IMG/VR virus record: IMGVR_UViG_3300033186_000010
Span: 1-64,000 of that record
Strand: one strand, 5' to 3'
Length of the DNA stretch: 64,000 bases
Source: a virus
Part shown: positions 1-7,312 of the stretch, piece after piece
Numbering within the stretch: the stretch's first letter is position 1
Layout of the letters: each line of letters begins with the position of its first letter
The notes under the pieces: generated by a model
Database searches by the model: none
Told to the model about the DNA's origin: nothing
The model's input: only the letters and a program-made list of their open reading frames with translations
Made by a program: the position numbers and the translations under genes

Positions 1-9
1 AAAAAATAG

Positions 10-39
10 TTTGCAATTAAAAAATTTGTTGTATGTTTG
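10..39 (+). promoter_or_regulatory. Bacteroidetes-type promoter (-33 TTTG / -7 TAnnTTTG) upstream of ORF 123..650
   Basis: TTTG at 10-13 and TATGTTTG at 32-39, 18 nt apart. This matches the known Bacteroidetes sigma-A consensus. It lies about 85 nt upstream of the ATG at 123. Confidence 0.4.
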
Positions 40-122
40 TAATGTCAAACGATCACAAATGCATTTGACGAAAACAAACAAACAAATAAGTATTATTAAT
101 TATTACATTAAAAATTGAAAAC

Positions 123-650
123 ATGAAAACTAAAGAACAAAAAACAACTGCAAAAGAATCAAAGAAAGATTTAAACCTAAATTTAAATGATGGTGAATTA
201 GTAAACTTTGATTTAAACAATCTTGATGCAATTTTAGAAAAGAGCAAAAAGATTACAGAACAAAAAACAAATACAAATACTCAAAAAGGATTATACAAAT
301 TTGTTTTTGCAACTGATATTGAAGATTTAATTTTTGTAAATGCAAAATCACATATTAAATCTTTAAATTTTGAAAAACGCAATTCATCTGGTCAACGTTC
401 AAAATTCAGAAAACATTTAAAACAAATTATCACTTCTTACAATAATGCTGAAAAAGAAGAAAAACAAGTTTTAACAATTGGATTTTTGAAATATTATAAA
501 GATTGTTATTTAATTAATGATTTTACGCCTGAATCATTATGCAATATTTCAAGTCAAGATTATGACCTTATTTGTAATTTCTTAGATGAAATTAAAAAAT
601 TCAAAATGCAAAAAGCAGATTTAAAAACTGTATTTGCAAAAATCGGATAA
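123..650 (+). CDS. hypothetical protein (Lys/Asn-rich) in a very AT-rich island
   Basis: 175-aa ORF with an ATG start, a promoter-like motif upstream and a hairpin plus T-run downstream. No family recognised by eye. Confidence 0.6.
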   Translation: MKTKEQKTTAKESKKDLNLNLNDGELVNFDLNNLDAILEKSKKITEQKTNTNTQKGLYKFVFATDIEDLIFVNAKSHIKSLNFEKRNSSGQRSKFRKHLKQIITSYNNAEKEEKQVLTIGFLKYYKDCYLINDFTPESLCNISSQDYDLICNFLDEIKKFKMQKADLKTVFAKIG

Positions 651-683
651 TTAAGTGAACCTTTATTATAAGTAGCCAAAATT

Positions 684-720
684 AGGGAGATTAAATCCGC
701 AAACAATCTCCCTAATAATT
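684..720 (+). terminator. rho-independent terminator-like hairpin
   Basis: AGGGAGATT (684-692) pairs with AATCTCCCT (705-713): 9-bp stem, 12-nt loop, followed by AATAATTTT. It lies 34 nt after the stop of ORF 123..650. Confidence 0.6.
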
Positions 721-747
721 TTAAAAATTAATTAAATACTAGATATT

Positions 748-933
748 ATGAAAAAGTTTATTGTTGTTTTAATCCTGTTAACACTATGTATCATTAGAAT
801 GTATTCAGAATTATTTAATAATTTAGAATTATTACCAATGCAAGAAATGTTTTTATGCTTAGGGATTATTTTATTAAAAGGAATAGGAATGTATTTAATA
901 TTATTATTATGCAATCGGACATCAGTAAACTAG
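748..933 (+). CDS. small hydrophobic (membrane) protein, hypothetical
   Basis: 61-aa ORF, MKKFIVVLILLTLCII N-terminus plus a second hydrophobic segment. Same strand as the flanking terminators. The competing antisense ORF 732..914 is less plausible. Confidence 0.35.
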   Translation: MKKFIVVLILLTLCIIRMYSELFNNLELLPMQEMFLCLGIILLKGIGMYLILLLCNRTSVN

Positions 934-1000
934 AAAAGATATTTTTATTATTATTCTTTTTATATTTAGTATTTCAAACTATAAGAATATTTATTTAAAA

Positions 1001-1038
1001 ATAGAGGGGGTGAAATTTTGTTTTGTCCCCTATTTTTC
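1001..1038 (+). terminator. terminator-like hairpin with T-run
   Basis: ATAG(A)GGGG ... CCCCTAT stem with one bulge (1001-1033), followed by TTTTTC. Confidence 0.4.
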
Positions 1039-1076
1039 TTATATTATTTTTTTAATTATCAAATACCATCCGGGTT

Positions 1077-1460
1077 TTAGAAAACCACAAATTGGCCCCG
1101 TACGTTAAGCCTGATCCCTGATCCTTGATACCTGATAGGTTGATACCTGATACCTTTAAGGCCCCAACCACATATTGAAAACCGAAACCCCATCCCCACT
1201 ACAAAATAAAAATTGGGAACCCCTATATACGTTAAGCCTCTGTAGCCTTCAACCCAGGTCCCAATCCCCCCCATTCCTTTCATGCTTTGTTTCACGGATG
1301 CCAGCCGCAGTCCTCATACCCTACTCGGATCAGAGATCCTCGTATCGCCTTTCAGTATCCCGTTTCACGGTCTACCTACGGACTTAGCTAGGTACCGATC
1401 ACAAACACAAAAAGAGGATCAGAGATAATTAAATCCCTAATCCCTTTACAGAAAAAATAA
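1077..1460. repeat. repeat-dense non-coding region; candidate pac/ori/regulatory region or structured RNA
   Basis: No credible ORF. Contents: a heptamer array at 1110-1152; imperfect direct repeats AAATTGG..CCCC..TACGTTAAGCCT at 1089-1112 and 1210-1239; GTTTCACGG at 1289-1297 and 1362-1370; GGATCAGAGAT at 1327-1337 and 1416-1426; six GATC sites. GC content is clearly higher than in 1-1060. Confidence 0.7.
1110..1152. repeat. tandem heptamer array (C)CTGAT(C/A), six units
   Basis: Read directly: CCTGATC CCTGATC CTTGATA CCTGATA GGTTGATA CCTGATA. Confidence 0.85.
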
Positions 1461-1474
1461 CTTAGTAATGTTAG

Positions 1475-1624
1475 TTATGGGTTCATATCTTTGCCTCCTT
1501 CCTTCTTTTCTGGTTTTCGTATTCTTATTACACCTTCTCCCCAGCATCTGTCGCATAGCTGGCCTTCTTTTCTTCCTCTCCCTTGGCATTCAGGGCAGGT
1601 TTCTTCAGGATGTTTTACTCCCAT
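1475..1624 (-). CDS. small DnaJ-type zinc-finger protein (49 aa); too short for the ORF track
   Basis: Hand translation of the minus strand gives MGVKHPEETCPECQGRGRKEGQLCDRCWGEGVIRIRKPEKKEGGKDMNP. It has two CxxCxGxG repeats. The ATG lies 2 nt after the stop of the upstream minus-strand ORF 1627..1956. Confidence 0.45.
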   Translation of the reverse strand: MGVKHPEETCPECQGRGRKEGQLCDRCWGEGVIRIRKPEKKEGGKDMNP

Positions 1625-1626
1625 GT

Positions 1627-1956
1627 CTATTTATGTTTTGCGATTTTAGCTACCAGTGATCCTGGGTTGATGTTATTCATTGATCCTATAATTTCCCTTG
1701 CCTCTTTCTCGTGCTTAGCCCAGCACAGTTCTCGGCAATAGGTATTTTTGATGATGCTCTCTACGAGGAATAGGAATTCTGGTTCCTCATCCTTTTTAGG
1801 TATAGGGATACCGGTACCTAAGTTATAGTCCTTAGATAGGATTTCCCTAGCCTTAAGCCAGTCTAATCTATCTACTATTACGTGATCATCATCCAAGCCT
1901 TTCTCTTTCTCGGTCATTGGGTGATTATGTAGGAAGTTACATGTAAGTGATTCCAT
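1627..1956 (-). CDS. hypothetical protein
   Basis: 109-aa ORF in the minus-strand operon. No family recognised. Confidence 0.55.
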   Translation of the reverse strand: MESLTCNFLHNHPMTEKEKGLDDDHVIVDRLDWLKAREILSKDYNLGTGIPIPKKDEEPEFLFLVESIIKNTYCRELCWAKHEKEAREIIGSMNNINPGSLVAKIAKHK

Positions 1957-2051
1957 GGTTATGGATTTAAAGGGTTATTAAAATGATAATGTCTGGGATG
2001 ATGGATAGTAGGAATATCCCCACTATCCACTTAGTTCTTTTGTTCATGGCA

Positions 2052-2918
2052 TTAATTAAAAGGGTTGCCTACCAAGCCTGTTCTATGGTAGGTGATTCTG
2101 TTCAGGACTATATCTTCCTTGTATTCTTCTAGTATATTCTCCGGAATAAAGAATCCATCTAAAAGCATTGCAGTAAATTGGTTTCTAGCATGTATTCTAA
2201 ATTTGAGAGGTTTATGCTTACGAGCATCATGCATAGTTCTTTTCTCTGGTTGAGCATATAAATTTAACCATTGTTTAGCGGCTGCAACTTCCCTGTACTG
2301 CAATGGGATCAGGTTAGTTAGGATCCTGTAGGACATAACCTCCACCATGGCCTCTTTGAGGTTCTTATTATCCGGATCATGCTTAACCTGATGGGCAATA
2401 TACTTATATGGAGGCATATCTTCAATTAGGAAATAATCCGCAGATTGGTCTATCTTCTTAACCAGTTTCGATCTTTCCTCTTGTTGGGATTGGGATACCA
2501 TAGCCTTCTCCATACCCTTATCGGTCATCGGCTCGATATGCTTAACTTTGGATTTACCATCAGCATCACCCCATTCTCGGTCTTTGTTGATCTCCAACTT
2601 CCTTGTGGTGGCATGTAGTAAATCATCGAAGCTAAAGCCCATTTTGCGGGTGATATCCATCAGTAACATCAAATTATCCGCAGCTTCCTCGAGGATATGC
2701 TCCTTTAATGCAGTAATATCCGAAACTTTCGGATAAGTATGCCCGTTTTGGATTAGACCTACTACATTAGATACTGCAGTTCTCAGCTCTGTAGATTCCT
2801 CTACCAAGTGATCACTCATTCCTAAAACTCTTACCCAACTTTCTCCAAATTGGGCATCTGACCACTCAGCAATATCATTTACCAATCCCTGAGGGTCTAT
2901 TGATTTTCTTGTTTCCAT
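2052..2918 (-). CDS. MazG-like all-alpha NTP pyrophosphohydrolase domain fused to an unknown C-terminal domain
   Basis: The N-terminal 120 aa carry the MazG/DUF550-type pattern: W..AQFGE, LVEESTEL, LEEAADNLMLLMDI, KLEINKDREWG. The C-terminal 160 aa are unrecognised. Confidence 0.6.
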   Translation of the reverse strand: METRKSIDPQGLVNDIAEWSDAQFGESWVRVLGMSDHLVEESTELRTAVSNVVGLIQNGHTYPKVSDITALKEHILEEAADNLMLLMDITRKMGFSFDDLLHATTRKLEINKDREWGDADGKSKVKHIEPMTDKGMEKAMVSQSQQEERSKLVKKIDQSADYFLIEDMPPYKYIAHQVKHDPDNKNLKEAMVEVMSYRILTNLIPLQYREVAAAKQWLNLYAQPEKRTMHDARKHKPLKFRIHARNQFTAMLLDGFFIPENILEEYKEDIVLNRITYHRTGLVGNPFN

Positions 2919-3462
2919 CTTCTTGATCTTTTAATGCGTCCTTTAATGCTTTATGAGGATCTCCAATTGGGGGTTCCTTAATGATGTCTGGGTTAACTTT
3001 ATCCTCATCCGAGAAATCCCCACAGTATAATTTCTGAAATTCCTCAGTTGACATACCCTTTTTTAGGTTTTCTATGTATACCCCCCGTTGTTCTTTAGAG
3101 TTATACTTAGGCCAGATTAATGCTACTTCCTCAGCACTCATGGGTCTAACCTCATCATTCATCTTAAGGAAATCAGGTAAGTGGCCTATGGATTTATACA
3201 TTAATTCGATAGTAGATTCTGGCTTATGTGAAATCCTTGGCTTACCCCAAGTTACAGGGGGAAGTGGTACAGCCTCGTATTCCTTAGCCAATTTCTCCAC
3301 AAGTTTCTTAAACTCCTTTTCCTTTTCATCCCGATGTGGTTGCATTTCATGAAGTGAGGAGTGGATGATCTCAGAATGACCATTCTCATGCTTCATCACT
3401 ATTATAGCCCCCTTATCAAGGCCAACACCAGGATCACAGGATATAAATATCTTATCCTCCAT
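2875..3462 (-). CDS. hypothetical protein; weak RuvC/RNase H-like N-terminal motif
   Basis: Start trimmed to the ATG at 3462 (MEDKIFISCDPGVGLDKGAIIVM), directly after the stop of ORF 3465..3809. The motif resembles the IDPG..G start of RNase H-fold nucleases, but only weakly. Confidence 0.5.
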   Translation of the reverse strand: MEDKIFISCDPGVGLDKGAIIVMKHENGHSEIIHSSLHEMQPHRDEKEKEFKKLVEKLAKEYEAVPLPPVTWGKPRISHKPESTIELMYKSIGHLPDFLKMNDEVRPMSAEEVALIWPKYNSKEQRGVYIENLKKGMSTEEFQKLYCGDFSDEDKVNPDIIKEPPIGDPHKALKDALKDQEDGNKKINRPSGIGK

Positions 3463-3464
3463 GA

Positions 3465-3809
3465 TTACCAGATTAAAACGATGATGAATATGATGGCCAC
3501 CACTATTCTTAGGTAATATAGGATTACAGCAAAGATAGTATAAGCCTGTTGCCAATAGTAATAGCAAACCCCTTTATTGGTTACCCTACATCTGTATGTT
3601 GGGGTTGGGACATTGATTCTGAAAGCAGTGATATGCCCGGTTAGCCTAAGCAATTTAATTAGCCAGATATCAGTATAAATATTCCAATAGGATTCGGAAT
3701 AAGGTATTTGCATATCATGGCTATGGTCGATTACATTCTTATCAAGGGTTCTCAAAAACTCAGCTTTGTACTTCGGATAGTTTAATAATTTCTTAAAAAT
3801 CTTTTTCAT
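3465..3809 (-). CDS. hypothetical protein with C-terminal transmembrane segment
   Basis: 114-aa ORF with a hydrophobic C-terminus, FAVILYYLRIVVAIIFIIVLIW. Confidence 0.5.
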   Translation of the reverse strand: MKKIFKKLLNYPKYKAEFLRTLDKNVIDHSHDMQIPYSESYWNIYTDIWLIKLLRLTGHITAFRINVPTPTYRCRVTNKGVCYYYWQQAYTIFAVILYYLRIVVAIIFIIVLIW

Positions 3810-3862
3810 CTTATTAAAGTTTAAAAAAGGGCCGGGCTATACCCGAACCCTAAATTAGAAAC

Positions 3863-4063
3863 CTATTTCTTAAATTCTTTTCTTGCAGCAACTCCCACAG
3901 AGCCACCAACTAGTATTCCCAACCCAATTAGGCATAGCCCATCGATAGTATCATGTTGGATTAGGCATGCTCCCAACATTACACTTCTGAACGAAGCATA
4001 AAGGAATACTAGGTAGGTAATGATTAGGGATATCCATTCCCATTTCTTATTCTTCATCCTCAT
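3863..4063 (-). CDS. small membrane protein (two predicted TM helices)
   Basis: 66-aa ORF with hydrophobic stretches ISLIITYLVFLYA and LCLIGLGILVGGSVGV. Confidence 0.5.
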   Translation of the reverse strand: MRMKNKKWEWISLIITYLVFLYASFRSVMLGACLIQHDTIDGLCLIGLGILVGGSVGVAARKEFKK

Positions 4064-4307
4064 CCTCCTCTCTACATGCTTTGGGATATTTTAACCTGTG
4101 ATATTTTTCATAGGTAAATATCCACATACAGGACATTATAACCAGCATACATCCAATCATCTGGGAATTTTGAACACTGGTAGCTAAGATTTTATCTGGG
4201 GTAAACATACATACTACTCCCATTGCTAGGGTAGCCATTGATATTAGCCCCTCGAGGATAAATACGAATATCCGGGATAATAGTATTATTGATCTAATTA
4301 ATTTCAT
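4047..4307 (-). CDS. small membrane protein
   Basis: 86-aa ORF with several hydrophobic helices and an acidic tail EEDEDEE. Overlaps its neighbours in operon style. Confidence 0.5.
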   Translation of the reverse strand: MKLIRSIILLSRIFVFILEGLISMATLAMGVVCMFTPDKILATSVQNSQMIGCMLVIMSCMWIFTYEKYHRLKYPKACREEDEDEE

Positions 4308-4713
4308 CGTCTATGATTATTAGTTCCATCAGCCCAGCGTTATCTGTTATCCATTCGGCATAGAATTTAGCATGGGGTACTGATAGATTATTGGGGAATA
4401 ACTCAACCATAACTTTTTCATGGTTATAAAAATCTGTCCAAACTTCATGATTTGGAAATTTACCAGAGAGTAAGGTAAGCCCTAGTTTTTGCTCTTCTTC
4501 GATGAAGATCGATGGGTTTACAGTAGCAATTGGGAAGAACTCATCTACTTTATTCGGATCGTAGATTTTCATGTTATAAACCTGGTTTAGGTGAATCATA
4601 CCATGAGACCCAGGAAATACGTTATCTAATTTAACGCATTGAATTCCCGCTAACTTCGGGTTTTCTGAAAGTTTTCGGAAATTGTGTTCTCCTTGTGTGA
4701 CGGTTTTACACAT
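4294..4713 (-). CDS. hypothetical protein; first gene of the minus-strand operon
   Basis: 139-aa ORF. No family recognised. Confidence 0.55.
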   Translation of the reverse strand: MCKTVTQGEHNFRKLSENPKLAGIQCVKLDNVFPGSHGMIHLNQVYNMKIYDPNKVDEFFPIATVNPSIFIEEEQKLGLTLLSGKFPNHEVWTDFYNHEKVMVELFPNNLSVPHAKFYAEWITDNAGLMELIIIDDEIN

Positions 4714-4843
4714 ATTTTAATATTTTTAAAGGTTTCATAATCAAATAGTACTTGAGTAACTAGCTCGTTTCTAGGGTAGTTAACCCTAAGGCTGCAGGAA
4801 CGGCAATACTAACTCCACATTATCAAACATTTAATACTGAATT

Positions 4844-5857
4844 ATGAAAGTACTTGGCGTATGCGGGGGTAATGGCGTTTTGCTATACCCCTTTAGGAAA
4901 TATCTAATAGGAAATATAGAACCCAGATCAGCCTTCAAAACCCCTGACAATATACAATGGAAACTAAACTTCGGTGACATTCCCTTAGAATATGAACTGG
5001 ATGCTATACCTTTCAATGGTGAAAATCCAGATGTCATTATTGGAGCTCCCGATTGTGGCCATTCATCTATCTTATCTTATTCTCGAGCTAAGAAACTTGG
5101 AGATCCTACAAAAAACGATTCTCTAAACATGTTTTTTGCCTCACTATGGCTTTACAAACCCAAAGCATTCTTAATGGAAAATCTCCCAGTAATGTTACAA
5201 AACCTTGGCGATGAGAGATTAACGGAACTTAAGAAGGAATATCATTTGGTGATTTTTAAGGATTCTGTATCAAAATTTGGAAACTCTCAAATTACGAGGG
5301 AGAGGTTGGTAATAATCGGAGTAAATAGGCAAAGTCTAGTAAACGCTAGAAGAGTAACTAAACTTTTTAAAAGAATTTATCCAGTTAGGGAGTTAAAGAC
5401 TTCTAGCGAGCTAATAAACGACCTACCTTTTGAGAATAAGTTCTTCGGTCAAATAAGGGAATCTGATGATACTGTGGTTTGCATGTCCTACAAAGGCAAA
5501 AAACTTAACTTAGGTGAGGTAAGGGAAATCTGGAATAATGAATATGAAGGCCAGAAACAATGGGCTATGCCGGGAACCAAAATGAAAAACCTTCCCGGTG
5601 TCTATAGGAACTTACCAGACCAACCCCCAAAAACAGTTAGGAAACAGAACAGGCAATTTACTCCAGAAGGTTATCAAATGTCACCGAGGGAAATGGCTAG
5701 AATTCAGGGAGTACCTGACAAATTTAAGATTTGGATAGACCTGGAAAGACTAGGTTACTCAATCAATAAGGGACGGGTTACTGTAACCAAATGTCCCCCT
5801 TACGAAATCGGAAGATGGTTTTACAAACAACTTAAAAAGTCGGAAATATGGAAGTAA
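4844..5857 (+). CDS. DNA (cytosine-5)-methyltransferase-like protein
   Basis: Motif I LGVCGGNG, motif IV-like GAPDCGHSS, motif VI LMENLP, motif VIII QITRERLVIIG, C-terminal SPREMARIQGVPDKF. Confidence 0.8.
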   Translation: MKVLGVCGGNGVLLYPFRKYLIGNIEPRSAFKTPDNIQWKLNFGDIPLEYELDAIPFNGENPDVIIGAPDCGHSSILSYSRAKKLGDPTKNDSLNMFFASLWLYKPKAFLMENLPVMLQNLGDERLTELKKEYHLVIFKDSVSKFGNSQITRERLVIIGVNRQSLVNARRVTKLFKRIYPVRELKTSSELINDLPFENKFFGQIRESDDTVVCMSYKGKKLNLGEVREIWNNEYEGQKQWAMPGTKMKNLPGVYRNLPDQPPKTVRKQNRQFTPEGYQMSPREMARIQGVPDKFKIWIDLERLGYSINKGRVTVTKCPPYEIGRWFYKQLKKSEIWK

Positions 5858-6339
5858 TCAAAATGGGGAAATTGGAAAATAACCCAAACATCAAAATGAT
5901 CGAAACTCGTAGGAATGAGTTCTTCGAAAATACCACCATCGGGGAAGTTTATACTGATGGAGAATATTTTAGCCTCTCTCTGGAGGATGCTGTTAGACCT
6001 TTCGGAGTGAAAGTGAACAAGAGAACAGCTATACCGGAACTTGTATACCGAGTAATAGTCACCGACTCGACTAGATTTGGTAGACCCATGATCCAGCTCT
6101 ATAACGCTAAAGATGATGATGGCCAGCTGATATGTACAGATGGTAAGATCAAATTCACTGGAGTAAGGAATCATGGAGGTAATACTCATCACGACACCGA
6201 AGGTTGCCCTATCACTGCTTACAATAGGATTTCGGAAACTGTGATTCAGGGCCGTAGCGATGAGGAACTTTTCGAAAAAGTACAGGCCTGGATAGATCAA
6301 GGCTTTGAAGTATACTGGAAATTCAGGAATATTGTCTAG
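5848..6339 (+). CDS. DUF5675-like (YkuD-fold-like) protein
   Basis: Pattern IPELVYRV...STRFGRPM...GVRNHGGNTHHDTEGCPI resembles the IP.G.Y...IH.GN..DT.GCI signature of DUF5675 and L,D-transpeptidase-like proteins. The start could instead be the ATG at 5863. Confidence 0.45.
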   Translation: MEVIKMGKLENNPNIKMIETRRNEFFENTTIGEVYTDGEYFSLSLEDAVRPFGVKVNKRTAIPELVYRVIVTDSTRFGRPMIQLYNAKDDDGQLICTDGKIKFTGVRNHGGNTHHDTEGCPITAYNRISETVIQGRSDEELFEKVQAWIDQGFEVYWKFRNIV

Positions 6340-6401
6340 GATTCTGATCCCCTTATACGCGCGCTAAAGGGAAGTTATCTCATAAATAAAAATTATTATA
6401 C

Positions 6402-6432
6402 GCATTTTTATACTTAAAGTATATAAAAATGC
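6402..6432. repeat. AT-rich imperfect palindrome inside an almost pure A/T block (about 6376-6500)
   Basis: GCATTTTTAT (6402-6411) pairs with ATAAAAATGC (6423-6432), with inner ACTT/AAGT pairing. It is followed by TA-rich low-complexity sequence. Confidence 0.6.
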
Positions 6433-6523
6433 TATAATTTTAATTTATTAATGAATTAAAAATAAATATATATTATATATATTATATTTTTGATTCAAAA
6501 TCCGAACCTGTTAAATAGAATCT

Positions 6524-6570
6524 GATCTGGGATCAGAGATCCCAGAATAAAGGATCTGGCGATCCTTTAT
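6524..6570. promoter_or_regulatory. two adjacent perfect hairpins carrying five GATC sites
   Basis: TCTGGGATC-AGA-GATCCCAGA (6526-6546) and ATAAAGGATC-TGGC-GATCCTTTAT (6547-6570). GATC at 6524, 6531, 6538, 6553 and 6561. Contains GGATCAGAGAT, also found at 1327 and 1416. Confidence 0.7.
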
Positions 6571-6601
6571 TAATTTGTTAATCACTAAACATAGATAAGC
6601 C

Positions 6602-7312
6602 ATGAACACAAAAAAGATGGATAAAGTTAAAACTATCATCATCCTCATCCTGTTAACCATACTGGTGAAGATGATTGGAGGATTCTTCAAAAAGGATCCC
6701 GAGCCTGTAATCAGGTATGAATATCAAACCGATACGATCAGGGTACCTGAAATTGCCCCGATTGTTAATCCCAACGATCAGGGTACACTTACTATGCCCA
6801 AGTATCAGTACTACTACAAGGAAGTGGATAACACCGATACTATCTCAATCAAGGAACTTAGGGATTCATTAATGCTGGTAATCAACGGCCTACAGTCGGA
6901 TATCTGGATCAGTAAACAATTCCTAAAGAGGTACCCACGTTCAAATAAACTGGTAAGTATGAGTTTATCACAAGATTCATTGAGACTCAACATGTTGCAG
7001 ATAAATGGGTCCGTGATTGGTATGGAGTATCCAATATACTTGACCGAGTTCGACTATTACTTTTCAAACAACAAACTTCATCGAATTCCGGTAAAACGAC
7101 AACTCCCACCTCAACCTAAAGATCCTCGACTCCGAAGGATAAACGGATATACCGGATTCGGCTATGGATTCCTTACTGAGCAACCAAAAGCAGTAGTTGG
7201 GTTGGAGATACCAGTGAGACGTTTTTCTTTACAACTTGAAAGCCGACTAGGACTATTAGATTATGATGATAACGATATAGAACTAACGCTGAAGTATAGG
7301 ATATGGCAGTAG
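6602..7312 (+). CDS. hypothetical membrane-anchored protein; first gene of the structural operon
   Basis: 236-aa ORF with N-terminal TM KTIIILILLTILVKMIGGFF. No terminase small subunit features recognised. Confidence 0.55.
   Translation: MNTKKMDKVKTIIILILLTILVKMIGGFFKKDPEPVIRYEYQTDTIRVPEIAPIVNPNDQGTLTMPKYQYYYKEVDNTDTISIKELRDSLMLVINGLQSDIWISKQFLKRYPRSNKLVSMSLSQDSLRLNMLQINGSVIGMEYPIYLTEFDYYFSNNKLHRIPVKRQLPPQPKDPRLRRINGYTGFGYGFLTEQPKAVVGLEIPVRRFSLQLESRLGLLDYDDNDIELTLKYRIWQ

Noticed and set aside
1040-1110. Prophage-host junction (attL) at the composition step
   Set aside because: There is no integrase, excisionase or repressor nearby. There is no host housekeeping gene on the AT-rich side. The tRNA-like gene lies far away, at 58 kb. 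A junction cannot be ruled out, but nothing in the window supports it.
1110-1152. Possible CRISPR array
   Set aside because: The units are 7-8 bp, directly abutting, with no spacers. This is a microsatellite-like heptamer array, not a CRISPR array. No cas genes are present in the window.
1077-1659. ORFs 1077..1295 (-), 1175..1387 (+) and 1468..1659 (+)
   Set aside because: The first two lie wholly in the repeat-dense region and translate to low-complexity Gly/Pro/Ser strings. The third is antisense to the zinc-finger mini-ORF, which fits the operon better.
5821-6300. 159-aa minus-strand ORF
   Set aside because: It is entirely antisense to the DUF5675-like gene, which carries a recognisable motif and continues the plus-strand operon from the methyltransferase.
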